From sequence record OP079919.1: DNA of 64,000 nt; one strand, 5' to 3'. The position numbers and the translations under genes were made by a program. The notes beneath the pieces were generated by a model, which searched no databases, was not told the DNA's origin, and saw only the letters and a list, made by a program, of their open reading frames with translations. This document shows positions 18,430-27,191 of the stretch, one piece after another (the stretch's first letter is position 1; each line of letters opens with the position of its first letter). This DNA comes from Klebsiella phage KPN8.

Positions 18430-19390
18430 ACAGTCCGATGTTATTAGTAAAGATCTTTGGACTCCCTGTTGATTAACTAGCGACCCAACCTCATCTCTTT
18501 GAACCTCCTTACCACGAGCGAGATAACCAAAGTAGCTAGGGATTTTCAGGGGGTTCAATCCCCATTTTCGTTAATCTTATTAGACCCACTGTCCTAAGCC
18601 CATGAAGCCTTGAAATCTCTCCTGTAGCAGACAAAGTTTTCGTTCGGTGGGATAGATTAACGTTTTTATTCACGTCGTATTATCTGATGAGTCTTCGACG
18701 CTAAACAAGACGAAACCTAATGAATCTATTTTATTAGGTCATAATTCAACCTAAGCGTTGAACGGGCAGTTAGGGGCAATGGTCCCCGAGGTCTTCAGCT
18801 TCTTCGCCTGCCCGCACTAAAAAGTTCTTTCATGATTAGGCGTGCCGCGCTCTACGAGCGGACAACAAGCAACCGAAAGTGGGAGAGAAAGAAGCGTGTC
18901 CGGTCGCTTGCCGGAAAGTTGGTTCAGGCGGGTTTCTTCCCAACCCAAACGACGCTGCCCAAGATAGGGCTGCAAGTCGTATTAGCGTATTATACCGGTA
19001 TGCGGGGTTTCTGCGATAAACCGGGTTAGCTACGGGTAAGAAACCGGCCGGAGTAATCAGCCTTTCGTATTCGGGTAACGTGAGTTATCGTAGAGATATC
19101 TCTGAGGGTTAGGCCAACCCCCGACGTTCTTCGAGTACGAAGGGAAGCTTGCTCAGCTTCGTAGAAACTCCAAAATCTCAGACGGTCACACCTCGCAATC
19201 TTACGGCAGTATGATTGCCTATTCGTCCTTTGTCGCTCACCAAGGGGCGAGTAGGAAACCTCTGCCACGGCGTTTCGATTGTTTGCCTTTGCCATAACCC
19301 TCCTGTATAGGTTGAGTGTTAACTTCCCCAAGAGTATAACCTGTTATCTCTCTCTTCGTGAGGAGTCGGAGATAATGGGATAAATTCTTA
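18430..19390 (+). ncRNA. candidate large structured non-coding RNA (strand and ends uncertain)
   Basis: About 1 kb with no ORF above 101 aa on either strand, inside an otherwise tightly coding genome. Balanced GC content and many local hairpins, for example CGGGCAG...GGGGCAATGGTCCCC...CTGCCCG nested stems near 18762-18813, AGAGATATCTCT at about 19091, CTTCGAGTACGAAG and GAAGCTTGCTCAGCTTC near 19130-19160, and GGGGGTTCAATCCCC at about 18552. Confidence 0.3.
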
Positions 19391-19400
19391 GGAGTTCGTT

Positions 19401-19589
19401 ATGTACACATACCAGTATACCGTGCGATACCGAATACCTAATTCTGTGTTTACGACTTACAGCGGAGAAATTACTTCTGACTGTTTGCTCAATAACGCTA
19501 ATCGCATTTTTGATGTCTTGCGTACTGAAGTTCTTAAAGCTGTTAACGTTAACTCGTTTAGCATTACGAACTTTAAGCTGAAAGAATAA
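19401..19589 (+). CDS. small hypothetical protein (62 aa)
   Basis: AGGAG RBS 7 nt upstream of the ATG. Followed about 170 nt later by a terminator. Confidence 0.4.
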   Translation: MYTYQYTVRYRIPNSVFTTYSGEITSDCLLNNANRIFDVLRTEVLKAVNVNSFSITNFKLKE

Positions 19590-19758
19590 GTCGAGCTACG
19601 CGCTCAACCTACCTTAGGGCCGGAAGTAGTTACGACTTAGGGGGAAAGAAGAGTCGTGCCTTTGAGTACCCCAACCCCATTCGTGTGGTGATCTTCCACA
19701 TCATCCCATGGATAATGCTGCATCATCATCATTAAAGTTCTACCATGAATTTTATTCC

Positions 19759-19790
19759 TTCCAGTAGGGTTCGTCCCTACTGGACTTTTT
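19759..19790 (+). terminator. Rho-independent terminator (CCAGTAGGG-ttcgt-CCCTACTGG + TTTTTT)
   Basis: 9-bp perfect stem, 5-nt loop and T-run, upstream of the phuZ promoter region. Confidence 0.55.
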
Positions 19791-19922
19791 TCGCGTTTTA
19801 TTTATCGGCACATATAAGGTTATAGAGGAACTAGATTTTTTGAGTTCTAAATTATGGTAATGTAAAGCAAAAGATAATGCTTTCCATTCCAACTATCATA
19901 ATTTCTTTTAGGAGTTTCATCT

Positions 19923-20885
19923 ATGAGCACATTACGTGTTTACGCGTGCGGCGGTACCGGTATTAATATTGCGTCTAAATGGATTGCCACCGGTGCGAAT
20001 ACGCTTATTCGTAAAGCCCAGTTCATTGGACTGGATAGCAGTGAAAACAACAAACCGTATAACGACGCCTTTAAGGTCGAACGTCCTGAAGGAACTCGTG
20101 GCGGTGGCAAAGAACGTAAGCTGATCGGTAAAATCGCTGCTGGGTTTATTGACAGTATTTTGACCAAACATAAACCGGGCGATTTCAACCTGATCATCAT
20201 GAACGCGGCTGGCGCTACCGGGAGTACGTTCGGCCCGACTCTGATCAACCGTCTCCTCACCCAGGGCGTTCCGGTCATTGCGTTGGTCGTAGGTGACCTG
20301 ACTTCTGAACTGGAAAACTACAACACGGTTAAAACGTTTGAAAGCCTGGACAACCAGCGCATCAATCTGAACGTGCCGGTTATCATCGACTACGTGGACA
20401 ACGCCAAATATCCCAGCCGTGGATTGGCCGACAAATATGCCATCGGCCGTCTTGATATCCTGAGCCTGTTCTTAACCGACGAACACGAAGAAAGCGATTT
20501 CCAAGACATCCGGAACCTGTTCTATTACAACCAGGTTACCAAGGCGGCGCCTACTCTTGCTCGTATCGACTTCTTGACCGATACTCAGTTAGACAACGTT
20601 ACTCCGGGGCTGGTTGCTGAATTTGGTTTGTATCGTAAAGCGGACGATATCGGTAGCCATATTAAAAATCTGGCATACCGTTCGACCGGCGTTATTCAGG
20701 AAGGTAGCACTAACTTCCCGGCTGGAATAGAACATCTCCACATGGTCTTTGACCACGATGCGACGATTAAAGATATCTTGGTTCTGGTCCAGGATCTTAA
20801 AGATATTGAGATCCAAAATAACGAACGTTTTAAATCCGCTCAGCAGGTTGGAAACGGCGGCGATGATTCTGGAATGTCCTACTAA
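19923..20885 (+). CDS. phuZ: phage tubulin/FtsZ-like GTPase (PhuZ-like)
   Basis: N-terminal RVYACGGTGINIA (G-G-x-G GTP-binding loop). NAAGATGSTFGP matches the tubulin signature [SAG]GGTG[SA]G. 320 aa is similar to PhuZ of 201phi2-1 and phiKZ, and the C-terminus is acidic. AGGAG RBS. Confidence 0.7.
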   Translation: MSTLRVYACGGTGINIASKWIATGANTLIRKAQFIGLDSSENNKPYNDAFKVERPEGTRGGGKERKLIGKIAAGFIDSILTKHKPGDFNLIIMNAAGATGSTFGPTLINRLLTQGVPVIALVVGDLTSELENYNTVKTFESLDNQRINLNVPVIIDYVDNAKYPSRGLADKYAIGRLDILSLFLTDEHEESDFQDIRNLFYYNQVTKAAPTLARIDFLTDTQLDNVTPGLVAEFGLYRKADDIGSHIKNLAYRSTGVIQEGSTNFPAGIEHLHMVFDHDATIKDILVLVQDLKDIEIQNNERFKSAQQVGNGGDDSGMSY

Positions 20886-20894
20886 GTAAAACAA

Positions 20895-20942
20895 TACTGC
20901 TACAGCCCTTCTATGGGGCTGTAGCAGTAGTTCTTTATTTTT
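20895..20942 (+). terminator. Rho-independent terminator (TACTGCTACAGCCC-ttctat-GGGGCTGTAGCAGTA + TTCTTTATTTTTTG)
   Basis: 14-bp perfect stem and a T-rich tail directly after the phuZ stop. Confidence 0.65.
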
Positions 20943-20999
20943 TGCATCTATCTATAGGTCTAACTAAAAAACCGCCTATAAACCTTTACAGGAAGCTTT

Positions 21000-21305
21000 A
21001 TGATAAAAACAACCAGAGTGGTTAAAACGTTGAGTTTTCGCGAATATCATTCTGTGATACTTAATGTCGATAGTAACGTTGCTACAGCAGAAAGGTTGCT
21101 CCTCAAGGAGGCTTTAATCGAACACGGTTATCAGATCGACGACGGTTTACCTGAGAGCTATCCTCTTTATCCAGAATCACTAAGGGAATTCAGAGATATG
21201 TTGAAGGCCAGTATCGAACACATAACTTTGGGGATTCCCACAAACGCCAAGGTCGAATATATCAGTCCTACTCTTGGACTCTTCAATATCATTTTTACTT
21301 ACTAA
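21000..21305 (+). CDS. small hypothetical protein (101 aa)
   Basis: ORF with GGAAG RBS-like sequence. First of a run of seven small co-oriented ORFs. Confidence 0.45.
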   Translation: MIKTTRVVKTLSFREYHSVILNVDSNVATAERLLLKEALIEHGYQIDDGLPESYPLYPESLREFRDMLKASIEHITLGIPTNAKVEYISPTLGLFNIIFTY

Positions 21306-21321
21306 CAGCAGGTGAGCTAAT

Positions 21322-21891
21322 ATGTACTCAGTGGGATCAGAATGGCTTAAGGACCAAATTTTAACATTTGGTTATTCGGTAGGAGAAACGTCTGATGGAG
21401 ATCCTAAGCAGTTAACAAGTTTTATCCGACCTATTGTGGATGGTGTGGTCGAGGCATTGAATGCTGACGACCCTGACGACATCTGGGATATCATCAGACG
21501 TTTTGAGCGGGCAATGTCAGGCAATTATGCTGTCGAGTCTATCTTCGACTTTCTTACCACCAATGTAAGAAAATTGGCTAAGCGATCTGGTTACGACCCC
21601 AGGGTGAAGTTTAGAGTCAGAGAAGTCAGAGTCGGGCACCGGATAAATTTTGTTTTTGAAATGGACCTCGACGCAACAATAGCCGCGGTTAATTCCCTCA
21701 ATCAAGAAATGCTGGAAGAAGATCTCGATGAAATTGTTTCCGATCACCCAGGAGTTGACGTACTTCAAAAACTTGAAAACGTTAGGAAAAGGGAACTACA
21801 AGAAAAACTTAATTCCTTTACACGAAATGTACTCGGAGTTCGTGTCGTACCAGCGGGAGCTAGCAGACGTTACCTTAATAAAGGAGTCTGA
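21322..21891 (+). CDS. small hypothetical protein (189 aa), acidic
   Basis: ORF with AGGTGAG RBS. Confidence 0.5.
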   Translation: MYSVGSEWLKDQILTFGYSVGETSDGDPKQLTSFIRPIVDGVVEALNADDPDDIWDIIRRFERAMSGNYAVESIFDFLTTNVRKLAKRSGYDPRVKFRVREVRVGHRINFVFEMDLDATIAAVNSLNQEMLEEDLDEIVSDHPGVDVLQKLENVRKRELQEKLNSFTRNVLGVRVVPAGASRRYLNKGV

Positions 21892-22264
21892 TCTAGAAAT
21901 CGTTTTTGGCGGATTGATACAGTACGTTATGGATGAGTTCCCCTTATCTGTTCGGTGTATAACTTTTGATCAAACTTCTTTCGATAAAAGGATAGCGAGA
22001 AAACATTATTCCTCGGAAGTACTTGAGGAAATATTGGATGCAATGAAATGTGTAATAGCTAAACATATTTATGCGCTCACTCCTAACACTTTGATTAGAA
22101 AGCCCGTGTTTTATCATCTGATTAATACTCGCGTATTGGTGATCCATATAAGTGATTACGATCTAAGAGAGCCTGACAATGCATCGTATCCTCGTTCCAG
22201 TAAAACCCATCGCGGACGCAATGACGACCTTCCAACTCCCCGAGATTGGCGCGATGACACATAA
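21827..22264 (+). CDS. small hypothetical protein (start uncertain: 21827 or 21929, ORF opens at 21728)
   Basis: In-frame ATGs at 21827 and 21929 (VMDEF...). The ORF overlaps the previous gene. Confidence 0.4.
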   Translation: MYSEFVSYQRELADVTLIKESDLEIVFGGLIQYVMDEFPLSVRCITFDQTSFDKRIARKHYSSEVLEEILDAMKCVIAKHIYALTPNTLIRKPVFYHLINTRVLVIHISDYDLREPDNASYPRSSKTHRGRNDDLPTPRDWRDDT

Positions 22265-22547
22265 CCAGTTATTAGAAATGATTGTGAAATTGAGCTTAGA
22301 AGCTCGTTTTAAATCTTACGGGCTTTCTGGTGCGATTGATATCATCAAGGATTTAATCTACGCGTTTAAACCGAAGGATTCAGTCCCAGACATTCTATTG
22401 GGTTTTTATCTCCTCCCGGGAATGGTCGCATTAACGGAAGAAATGACTGCGATTGAGAAAGCCAGGGATGTTTTCGGATGGGACCTTTATTGCCCTAACA
22501 TGAAGTCACAACATATCGTCGTCTATGCGGGAGAACCACGTGCCTAA
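22179..22547 (+). CDS. small hypothetical protein (122 aa)
   Basis: ORF overlapping its neighbours by a few codons, typical of a phage early-gene array. Confidence 0.45.
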   Translation: MHRILVPVKPIADAMTTFQLPEIGAMTHNQLLEMIVKLSLEARFKSYGLSGAIDIIKDLIYAFKPKDSVPDILLGFYLLPGMVALTEEMTAIEKARDVFGWDLYCPNMKSQHIVVYAGEPRA

Positions 22548-22872
22548 GATAACTATTCAACTTGCAATACCGCCGGGAACCGATGTGGAAGGATTTGTTT
22601 CTGCATATGGCAGTCTCTTAAGAGCACATCGGATTAAATGTAACATCCCTAGTCAGGATGTTCAGCTTAACCATCCGTTGGAAGAAGCCCGGGAACAAAT
22701 TCTGGGAGACTTCCAACGTACCAACTCCCAGCTTCAGTCGATCAGCGCTAAATACGCAGACGTCTCTGTGTCCAATGTTCTTTCAGACGGGCGCAAGATG
22801 ACTATCATTTTAGCGTGCGACAGACCCAATAGTGAGTTCATCAATGCGGATTTCTCACACCAGTCTCAATGA
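22525..22872 (+). CDS. small hypothetical protein (115 aa)
   Basis: ORF whose start overlaps the upstream stop. Confidence 0.45.
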   Translation: MRENHVPKITIQLAIPPGTDVEGFVSAYGSLLRAHRIKCNIPSQDVQLNHPLEEAREQILGDFQRTNSQLQSISAKYADVSVSNVLSDGRKMTIILACDRPNSEFINADFSHQSQ

Positions 22873-23161
22873 AGAAGCTTTCCTGGAGGCCATCAAACAA
22901 ATTTATTTGAGAGATGACCCCCTTCCTTCTGATCAGACAATTTACGAAGTCGTTTCCGAATGGGTTGATGATCTCTTTCAAAATGGTCATGTGGAAGAAG
23001 ATGTCATTGATCTTTTTCTGGACGGACTCCCACCTACAGAGCTTTTGAAATCTGTAACGGTGCATCCTCTTTTTAGGAAGCGGGTGGTTTATTCCGTTAA
23101 TCCTTTAAATGGTATGACTGAAACTGTGGGCTTCCCCTTAATCATTCTGGAGTACGTATGA
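22832..23161 (+). CDS. small hypothetical protein (109 aa)
   Basis: ORF overlapping the upstream gene. Confidence 0.45.
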   Translation: MSSSMRISHTSLNEEAFLEAIKQIYLRDDPLPSDQTIYEVVSEWVDDLFQNGHVEEDVIDLFLDGLPPTELLKSVTVHPLFRKRVVYSVNPLNGMTETVGFPLIILEYV

Positions 23162-23571
23162 CCATTAGTGTGAAGAACGGGGATATTGTTAGTTTTTCCC
23201 TGGTACAAGCAAACATCATCAACAACGATTACACCAACGTAACTGTGTTAGGTCACGTAATGTTCGATGTTGCTCGAGGGCACGATCCTGAGCTCCGCAA
23301 TAAACATTACAATCTTTATCCGTACTTCAAGGATAAAGTTAATAATGTGGACGATCCCAATTACGCTGACGGTTATTTGGTCTTAAAGTTAGCCAATGGC
23401 GCACTCAGTCCCATTGGGATCCCTTGGATCAACGAAGATACCTTTGAGGTCATCAGCGGAGAAACCCGTGTTTACACATTCCCTACCTGGAAAAGTAAAT
23501 ATGAGTCAAGTCTGCATGAGCTCTTGGCTAACCTCGGCGCCGAATATTCTTATACCAGTACTAAAAAATAA
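23158..23571 (+). CDS. small hypothetical protein (137 aa)
   Basis: ATGA overlap with the upstream stop. Followed by a strong terminator. Confidence 0.5.
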   Translation: MTISVKNGDIVSFSLVQANIINNDYTNVTVLGHVMFDVARGHDPELRNKHYNLYPYFKDKVNNVDDPNYADGYLVLKLANGALSPIGIPWINEDTFEVISGETRVYTFPTWKSKYESSLHELLANLGAEYSYTSTKK

Positions 23572-23574
23572 ACC

Positions 23575-23628
23575 GTTACTCTCATCCCTAATGGGATGAG
23601 AGTAACCTCTTTTATTATTATTTTTTTA
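23575..23628 (+). terminator. Rho-independent terminator (GTTACTCTCATCCC-taat-GGGATGAGAGTAAC + long T-rich tail)
   Basis: 14-bp perfect stem, 4-nt loop, TTTTATTATTATTTTTTTATT tail. Confidence 0.65.
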
Positions 23629-23690
23629 TTGCCGTTCCTTTTTATTAGACGAAAACAATTTTAAATTTTAAAGTGAAACGGAGCTTAAAG

Positions 23691-25775
23691 ATGACTGAGA
23701 CTTTTTTAAGTCCGTTTGTTGATGACGATTACAGTGCCGATAGGAATATCGTTAAACACTATCATGAACAAATGGCTTTGTATCTTGGTAAAAAGCGCAA
23801 TGAAGATCCTAAAGCTATTTACGAAGTACTTTCTAAACACATCCAGCCCAATCAAAACGGCTATAAAGATCGTCGTATGCAGGTTTTAGTAAAAAACAAG
23901 TACGGCGATAGAGAAGTTAAAGTCATGACGGCATCTAATTTCTTTAATGAAGTTAGACGTCAGAACTGTCATCTCAGTCCCAGTATGGTTGCTTACAAGA
24001 ACACTGAAGAAGAGCAATCCGTTAATGCAATCGGGACAGAAAAATTTCTTAGCCTTCGGTCCCACTATAAAGGGTTAAAACAAAAGGCCAGTGACGAAGG
24101 TGATGAATGGGGTAAGAAGGCTTTCCACGAAATTCAAAACGCCTTGAAAATATTCAACAACGCCCAATCAGGCGCAATGTCATCCCGTGGGACTCCTCTT
24201 GTTAATAAGTCAGGTCATACTGCTCTGACTAGTGCTTGCCGTGCTTTGACCAGTACCGCTAACATGTGTAATGAAAAGTTATTGGTCGGTAACCGATTCT
24301 TTAACTCGTACGAGCGAACGATGGAGAACTTACTGTCGTTGCTCTCAGTTACTGACATTAAGCGAATGGACGAAGTCATCAAGAAACTGAAGATGAACTA
24401 CGCGACCATAGACCAGGTTATGGAAATGGTCAAACGTTGTTCTCGTCGGTATTGGAGAGACGTTAAACAACTCGGCTACATTAAAGAGTTTTTGGAGCAA
24501 CTTCGTCCGGTTGAATTAACGGCTTTGCTTTGCAATATGGATATCGAGGGATTGAGGGTTACGAATAAAGAAATCCTTTATAAATTCTTTGATGACTTCT
24601 CTCATATACCGGAAGTTCCAGAAGGCGCTAAGGCTGAAGATTATACTCCGCCTGATAACGGAGACCGATACACGCTTTGTGTGTCTAAACTCTTAGCGAA
24701 ACCAAGCAAAGTTCAGTTAAACTTTTTAAACCAGTATCATCTGGAAATGGAACATAAGTGGAAAGACTTTATTGAAGTCTTCTTTAAATGCTCCATTCCT
24801 CCATCGGGCATTTATGAAATCAGGGATATGATCCGAGAGGTAGTTCAAACCTCAGATACCGATTCCTCGATTTACACCGTAGATAAAGTCGTAGAGGATT
24901 ACACCGACGAAAAAGGACAATCGTTGAGATTGAATGGGGTTCTTACTTACTTCATTCGAATGATAGCGGTTCATCAGCACGCTCAGTTAAGTGAAAACAT
25001 GAACGTTGCTAAACGCTACCGTAATCGTCTGACGATGAAGAACGAGTACTTGTTTGGAGGATATGTTACAACATTAATGTCAAAACACTATTTTGCCACA
25101 CAGCTGATGGTAGAAGGGGTATTGAATAAAAATGTTGAAATGGAAATTAAGGGTGTTCACTTAAGGAGTTCTAAAGTAGCTCATGAGATAAAGGATTTTG
25201 CACACAAACTCATGAGGGAGATATTGGATTGTATCTATGACAAACGTCAGATGGATGCAGCCGATATTCTCTTTAGAGCAGCAGAGTTAGAAAGGGCCAT
25301 CATTAAGGATATCAACGAAGGCCAATGGGGTTGGCTAACACGCAACACGATAAAGAGTGACGACGTGTACACATTGCCGGATCAATCAGTGTATCAATAC
25401 CACTTACTCTGGGAGGAAGTGTTCTCCCCTAAATACGGACACGCTCCACCACCACCCTATTCTGCTATGAAAGTTAACCTTGATTTAGGTAATAAAGGTA
25501 AGGTCGAAGAGTTTTGTAAGAATCTGGAAGATAGAGAACTTGCAAATCGTTTATTAGATTTCTTCGTTAAGAAAGAGAAAAAAGAAATCAGTACGTTCTT
25601 TGTTCCTGCTGACGTATTACCAAGATTAGGCAAGTTACCCGATGAAGTTATTAAAGCCGCGGATATCCGACAGATCATTAAACAGAACTTAAAATCCGTT
25701 TATGCTGTGTTGGAAGCCTGTGGGCTGTATATTGTTAACGATAAAATAACGCGTTTAATTAGTGACGAACACTAA
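23691..25775 (+). CDS. hypothetical protein (694 aa). Weak resemblance to the C-terminal (palm/thumb) half of a family B DNA polymerase
   Basis: GGAG RBS 9 nt upstream of ATG 23691 (the ORF opens at GTG 23673). Contains ...VQTSDTDSSIY... (compare PolB motif C YGDTDS) and, about 50 aa later, AKRYRN (compare the KKRY motif). Motif B is not clearly present, so the call stays tentative. Confidence 0.5.
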   Translation: MTETFLSPFVDDDYSADRNIVKHYHEQMALYLGKKRNEDPKAIYEVLSKHIQPNQNGYKDRRMQVLVKNKYGDREVKVMTASNFFNEVRRQNCHLSPSMVAYKNTEEEQSVNAIGTEKFLSLRSHYKGLKQKASDEGDEWGKKAFHEIQNALKIFNNAQSGAMSSRGTPLVNKSGHTALTSACRALTSTANMCNEKLLVGNRFFNSYERTMENLLSLLSVTDIKRMDEVIKKLKMNYATIDQVMEMVKRCSRRYWRDVKQLGYIKEFLEQLRPVELTALLCNMDIEGLRVTNKEILYKFFDDFSHIPEVPEGAKAEDYTPPDNGDRYTLCVSKLLAKPSKVQLNFLNQYHLEMEHKWKDFIEVFFKCSIPPSGIYEIRDMIREVVQTSDTDSSIYTVDKVVEDYTDEKGQSLRLNGVLTYFIRMIAVHQHAQLSENMNVAKRYRNRLTMKNEYLFGGYVTTLMSKHYFATQLMVEGVLNKNVEMEIKGVHLRSSKVAHEIKDFAHKLMREILDCIYDKRQMDAADILFRAAELERAIIKDINEGQWGWLTRNTIKSDDVYTLPDQSVYQYHLLWEEVFSPKYGHAPPPPYSAMKVNLDLGNKGKVEEFCKNLEDRELANRLLDFFVKKEKKEISTFFVPADVLPRLGKLPDEVIKAADIRQIIKQNLKSVYAVLEACGLYIVNDKITRLISDEH

Positions 25776-25820
25776 GCAGTAAATACTTTCGCTCCTTTAC
25801 GGGAGCGAGAGTATTAGCGG

Positions 25821-26933
25821 TTACCGAGATAATTTATTTTGTTTTAACATGGCGGTGACTTGTTCTAAGTATTGTACTTGTAACGGCCCCGGAATGAAAT
25901 GTTTAATCATCCCTTTAATATCTTGCTTGGACCAAACATCGATATGACCATTCACCGTCCCCATTGCGTTGAAGCTTTTATTATTGAGTGCCAAACTAAG
26001 CGTCAATAACTTCATTATTGGGAATTGCCAAATGGCGTTTGTTTGACTATATCGATTGTATCTCTTCGCATCTACAATGAGAGGGTTGACATCCATCGTC
26101 ATAAAGTCGCCTATTCTCTGTATGACGTGTTCAGGAGAATAGCTCGGTGTTAGCGTTAAAGTCTCGACCAAGAAGGTTAAGAATCCTTTGAGTAGTTCAC
26201 CCACTGGATTGATATTGAACTCCCCCTTGACTACCGTTAATTGGTCGTCGATGTTCTCACCGTTAACTACGACGTTATAGAGCGAATTGAATACACTCAA
26301 TTGATGCTGCAAACACCTTGCGTTGATTAGAGGAGTGCCGGCTAAATAACGATGAGGATCTAATCCAGTTTCTGATCCTTCAGCTAACCGTTCGTTAAGG
26401 TAACGCCAATACCCTATACCCAAAGCCGTGATATCCACCCCTATTACTGCAAACCCGCCATAATTCATCGGATCGTTTTTGAGAGAAGTGGTATTAGTGT
26501 AACGGATGTCCGTCTCGGTGCTAATCAGCGGGATGATGCTGCAAATGTCTCTTTCGTCTAAATCGAAATAATCATCGAGATTATCTTTAGCCGGATAAGA
26601 GACCAACATTTCAGTCAACCCATTCGCGTACATCACGTTTTGTTTTACGACACCTTTATTGTATATAGACGTGATTCCGATAGTCGACGCCCAACTATCT
26701 ACTTGCATCTCGATCATTGCTTTAAGGTAGGTGGGATCCCATTCAGGTTGAATGTTCATTAATGAAAGTAACTGAACCAAAGGATGTTGGTTCTGTAAAA
26801 CGTAGGTGGTATTGTCGTTCCGTGCGATCCACTGATTACGATTAAAATCCAAGATACGTATTACATTACTGAGCCTACCATATTTATAGACGGCAGGACG
26901 ATGATCGGTTGTTATTAATTTTAAAGGTTTCAT
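25821..26933 (-). CDS. hypothetical protein (370 aa)
   Basis: Lone minus-strand ORF between + strand genes. A hairpin at 25784-25813 separates it from the convergent upstream gene. Confidence 0.55.
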   Translation of the reverse strand: MKPLKLITTDHRPAVYKYGRLSNVIRILDFNRNQWIARNDNTTYVLQNQHPLVQLLSLMNIQPEWDPTYLKAMIEMQVDSWASTIGITSIYNKGVVKQNVMYANGLTEMLVSYPAKDNLDDYFDLDERDICSIIPLISTETDIRYTNTTSLKNDPMNYGGFAVIGVDITALGIGYWRYLNERLAEGSETGLDPHRYLAGTPLINARCLQHQLSVFNSLYNVVVNGENIDDQLTVVKGEFNINPVGELLKGFLTFLVETLTLTPSYSPEHVIQRIGDFMTMDVNPLIVDAKRYNRYSQTNAIWQFPIMKLLTLSLALNNKSFNAMGTVNGHIDVWSKQDIKGMIKHFIPGPLQVQYLEQVTAMLKQNKLSR

Positions 26934-27105
26934 TGTAGTCCTGTTAGTAACTCAGTATTATGTTATTACATATATCTATTATATGTAAACAAACACACCT
27001 CTCCGAAAGGAGGGGAGACCAATGCCGCGGAGTAAAAATCCGTTAAGCATAAAATCGATCAGTTTTTACCACCCCTAAATAATTTCAGACCGATATTATT
27101 TAGGT

Positions 27106-27143
27106 AGATAAACAACACAAATGTTTATCTGTTTTGATCAAAC
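27106..27143. promoter_or_regulatory. operator-like inverted repeat AGATAAACA-n7-TGTTTATCT followed by TTTGATCAAA palindrome, 50-85 nt upstream of the codon-adapted 27192 gene
   Basis: Perfect 9-bp arms (27106-27114 and 27122-27130). GATC-centred 10-bp palindrome at 27133-27142. Confidence 0.35.
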
Positions 27144-27191
27144 TAAATAACATCCCCTTTATAAAAAGCTAATAGCTATTAGGAGTTAAGA

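Noticed and set aside
18545-18572. tRNA T-arm-like GGGGGTTCAATCCCC
   Set aside because: I could not assemble an acceptor stem, D-arm, anticodon arm or 3' CCA from the flanks, and the loop or stem length is off by one. No tRNA was called.
18994-19027. Group II intron domain V-like string ACCGGTATGCGGGGTTTCTGCGATAAACCGGGTT
   Set aside because: The 5' arm resembles the domain V consensus (GCCGTATGCG), but the 3' arm does not pair with the required 2-nt bulge geometry. There is also no RT or maturase ORF and no interrupted host gene.
25784-25813. Hairpin TACTTTCGCTCC-tttac-GGGAGCGAGAGTA between convergent genes
   Set aside because: Good stem but no T-tract on either strand, so it was not listed as a terminator. 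It may still act as an RNA stabiliser.
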